In this document: piece by piece, positions 63,012 through 64,000 of the stretch
How positions within the stretch are numbered: position 1 is the stretch's first letter
How the letters are laid out: each line of letters begins with the position of its first letter
Virus record (IMG/VR): IMGVR_UViG_3300013094_004547
Location: 1-64,000 of that record
Origin: a virus
DNA length: 64,000 bases
Direction: 5' to 3' (one strand)
Program-made: the position numbers and the translations under genes
The notes under the pieces: model-generated
The model's input: the letters and a program-made list of their open reading frames with translations, nothing else
What the model was told of the DNA's origin: nothing
Database searches by the model: none

Positions 63012-63251
63012 TTAGATTTGGCCTCGTTCAACTAGACGCAGCGTAACGTTGCGACCCCCGCCGCCTTGTGCCTCACAGACATGGCATCGAAATCGACTGC
63101 CGAGCGCCTGTACGGTGCGAAATCCCTGCCGCTCCGCGGCTCTTACTTTGAAACTTGGCCAGTATGACTTACGGCCGCAATCCTCACAGTGGATGTAGAT
63201 CCCAATCACGTCCGCAAGCTCGGACGTGAAGTCTCGCGGCAGGGCTCCCAT
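63012..63251 (-). CDS. Zn-ribbon protein, LexA-box preceded
   Basis: HCEDC...RCHVC; GAGG RBS. Confidence 0.72.
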   Translation of the reverse strand: MGALPRDFTSELADVIGIYIHCEDCGRKSYWPSFKVRAAERQGFRTVQALGSRFRCHVCEAQGGGGRNVTLRLVERGQI

Positions 63252-63266
63252 CCGGGCCTCATATTT

Positions 63267-63281
63267 GTTCCTGTTGTGTTC
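63267..63281 (-). promoter_or_regulatory. Alphaproteobacterial LexA (SOS) box
   Basis: GTTC-CTGTTGT-GTTC, 15 bp upstream of the start at 63251. Confidence 0.78.
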
Positions 63282-63355
63282 TCATGCTGCGACCAGAACG
63301 CGACGCGAGTCGAGCCGGTTTCCTCGGCATCTGTGGACAAATGTGGATAAGCGCT

Positions 63356-63420
63356 ACGCTACTTGGGGAAGTGCATTACCCTAATAGGGGTTGACATAAG
63401 TGCCCCTCAGAGGGGAATAT
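63356..63420 (+). promoter_or_regulatory. pL promoter with OL operators
   Basis: TTGACA at 63391-63396 flanked by ACCCTAATAGGGG (63378-63390) and CCCCTCAGAGGGG (63403-63415), same consensus as OR. Confidence 0.75.
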
Positions 63421-63604
63421 CAGCTCTACGCTTCTCGCGATGGAGCTGCCCCGGTGCTCACAGCCTATCTCGTCCACCTCCAGCACGCTCCGGCGGCCAT
63501 CCAGGTCGCCAGCTGCCTGCTCGGCTCCCTCAGCATATTCGCCGCGTGCTTCGCCCCGTGCATGATCGCCGATCACGTCTCCGCCTACCGCGCGAGCCGC
63601 TGAC

Positions 63605-63883
63605 ATGGCCGCCCTGCTTCCCCGCGGCACTCGTATCGGCCACCCTCGTGCTGACGGCTCCCTAATCCCCGGCACCATCCTCGGTCCCGCCTTCGGCAAG
63701 GGCTTCTATCGCGCCGAGCTGAGGGGCGAGGGCGGTCCTCGGATCGTCTGCCTCCACGTCGACGAGGTCGTGGTCGAGCCGGTCTTCGCGAACCTGCGCA
63801 CTGCGGCGGTGGCCCTGCGCGATCTCGACCGGCGTGCCGCCCCGGCGGTTCAGCCGCGCCGCATGGGCGTGAGGGCGTTCTGA
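63605..63883 (+). CDS. Hypothetical early protein
   Basis: 92 aa downstream of pL; coupled to the next gene. Confidence 0.55.
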   Translation: MAALLPRGTRIGHPRADGSLIPGTILGPAFGKGFYRAELRGEGGPRIVCLHVDEVVVEPVFANLRTAAVALRDLDRRAAPAVQPRRMGVRAF

Positions 63884-64000
63884 TGCGCGCCCTCCGGATG
63901 AACTTCCCCAGTCGGATCCGCGAGGCTGCGCTCGATCGGGCCGAAGGCCGCTGCGAGCACGTCGACCCCGAGGGCAACCGCTGCCCCTGCGCACTCCATC
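63883..64000 (+). CDS. Probable HNH endonuclease (truncated by the window end)
   Basis: MRALRMNFPSRIREAALDRAEGRCE...C start typical of phage HNH proteins. Confidence 0.5.
   Translation, partial: MRALRMNFPSRIREAALDRAEGRCEHVDPEGNRCPCALH

Larger units (their letters stand above)
2681..64000. mobile_element. Temperate prophage (lambda-type head/cos packaging, Mu-type contractile tail) integrated at tRNA-Ser; continues past the window end
   Basis: Contiguous lysis, tail, head, terminase, replication and cI/cro modules starting right after the tRNA 3' end; integrase and attR not in window. Confidence 0.93.

Noticed and set aside
63332-63350. DnaA boxes as chromosomal oriC
   Set aside because: Only two boxes, inside a prophage control region, with no oriC-associated genes nearby

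Overview
High-GC alphaproteobacterial DNA; the gene content resembles Methylobacterium, but that is an inference. The first ~2.7 kb is host chromosome: an AtoE-family short-chain fatty acid transporter, tRNA-Gln(CTG) and tRNA-Ser(TGA). From the 3' end of tRNA-Ser to the window end (>61 kb) is a largely intact temperate prophage whose integrase end lies beyond the window. Read right to left it contains a lambda-like immunity region (cI with S24 peptidase, cro, OR/OL operators), an early/replication operon, a late promoter-terminator pair, a cos site with lambda-type terminase/portal/capsid genes, a Mu-type contractile tail and baseplate, several fibre genes, a lysis cassette and accessory genes near attL. 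Most unusual observations: (1) a ParB-type HTH/MT-A70 methyltransferase gene containing a 25-bp palindrome that recurs 47 kb away; (2) a lectin-tipped protein with about 28 20-aa repeats next to a candidate fibre subunit, possibly a ruler-templated filament; (3) a free-standing GIY-YIG homing endonuclease next to an apparently recoded patch of the capsid gene; (4) an ARC/Mpa-like AAA ATPase; (5) a baseplate spike with a long helical C-terminus; (6) a phage-encoded RlpA and an orphan TAXI solute-binding protein; (7) two LexA-box-controlled Zn-ribbon genes. All family calls come from motif recognition by eye, with no database searches.
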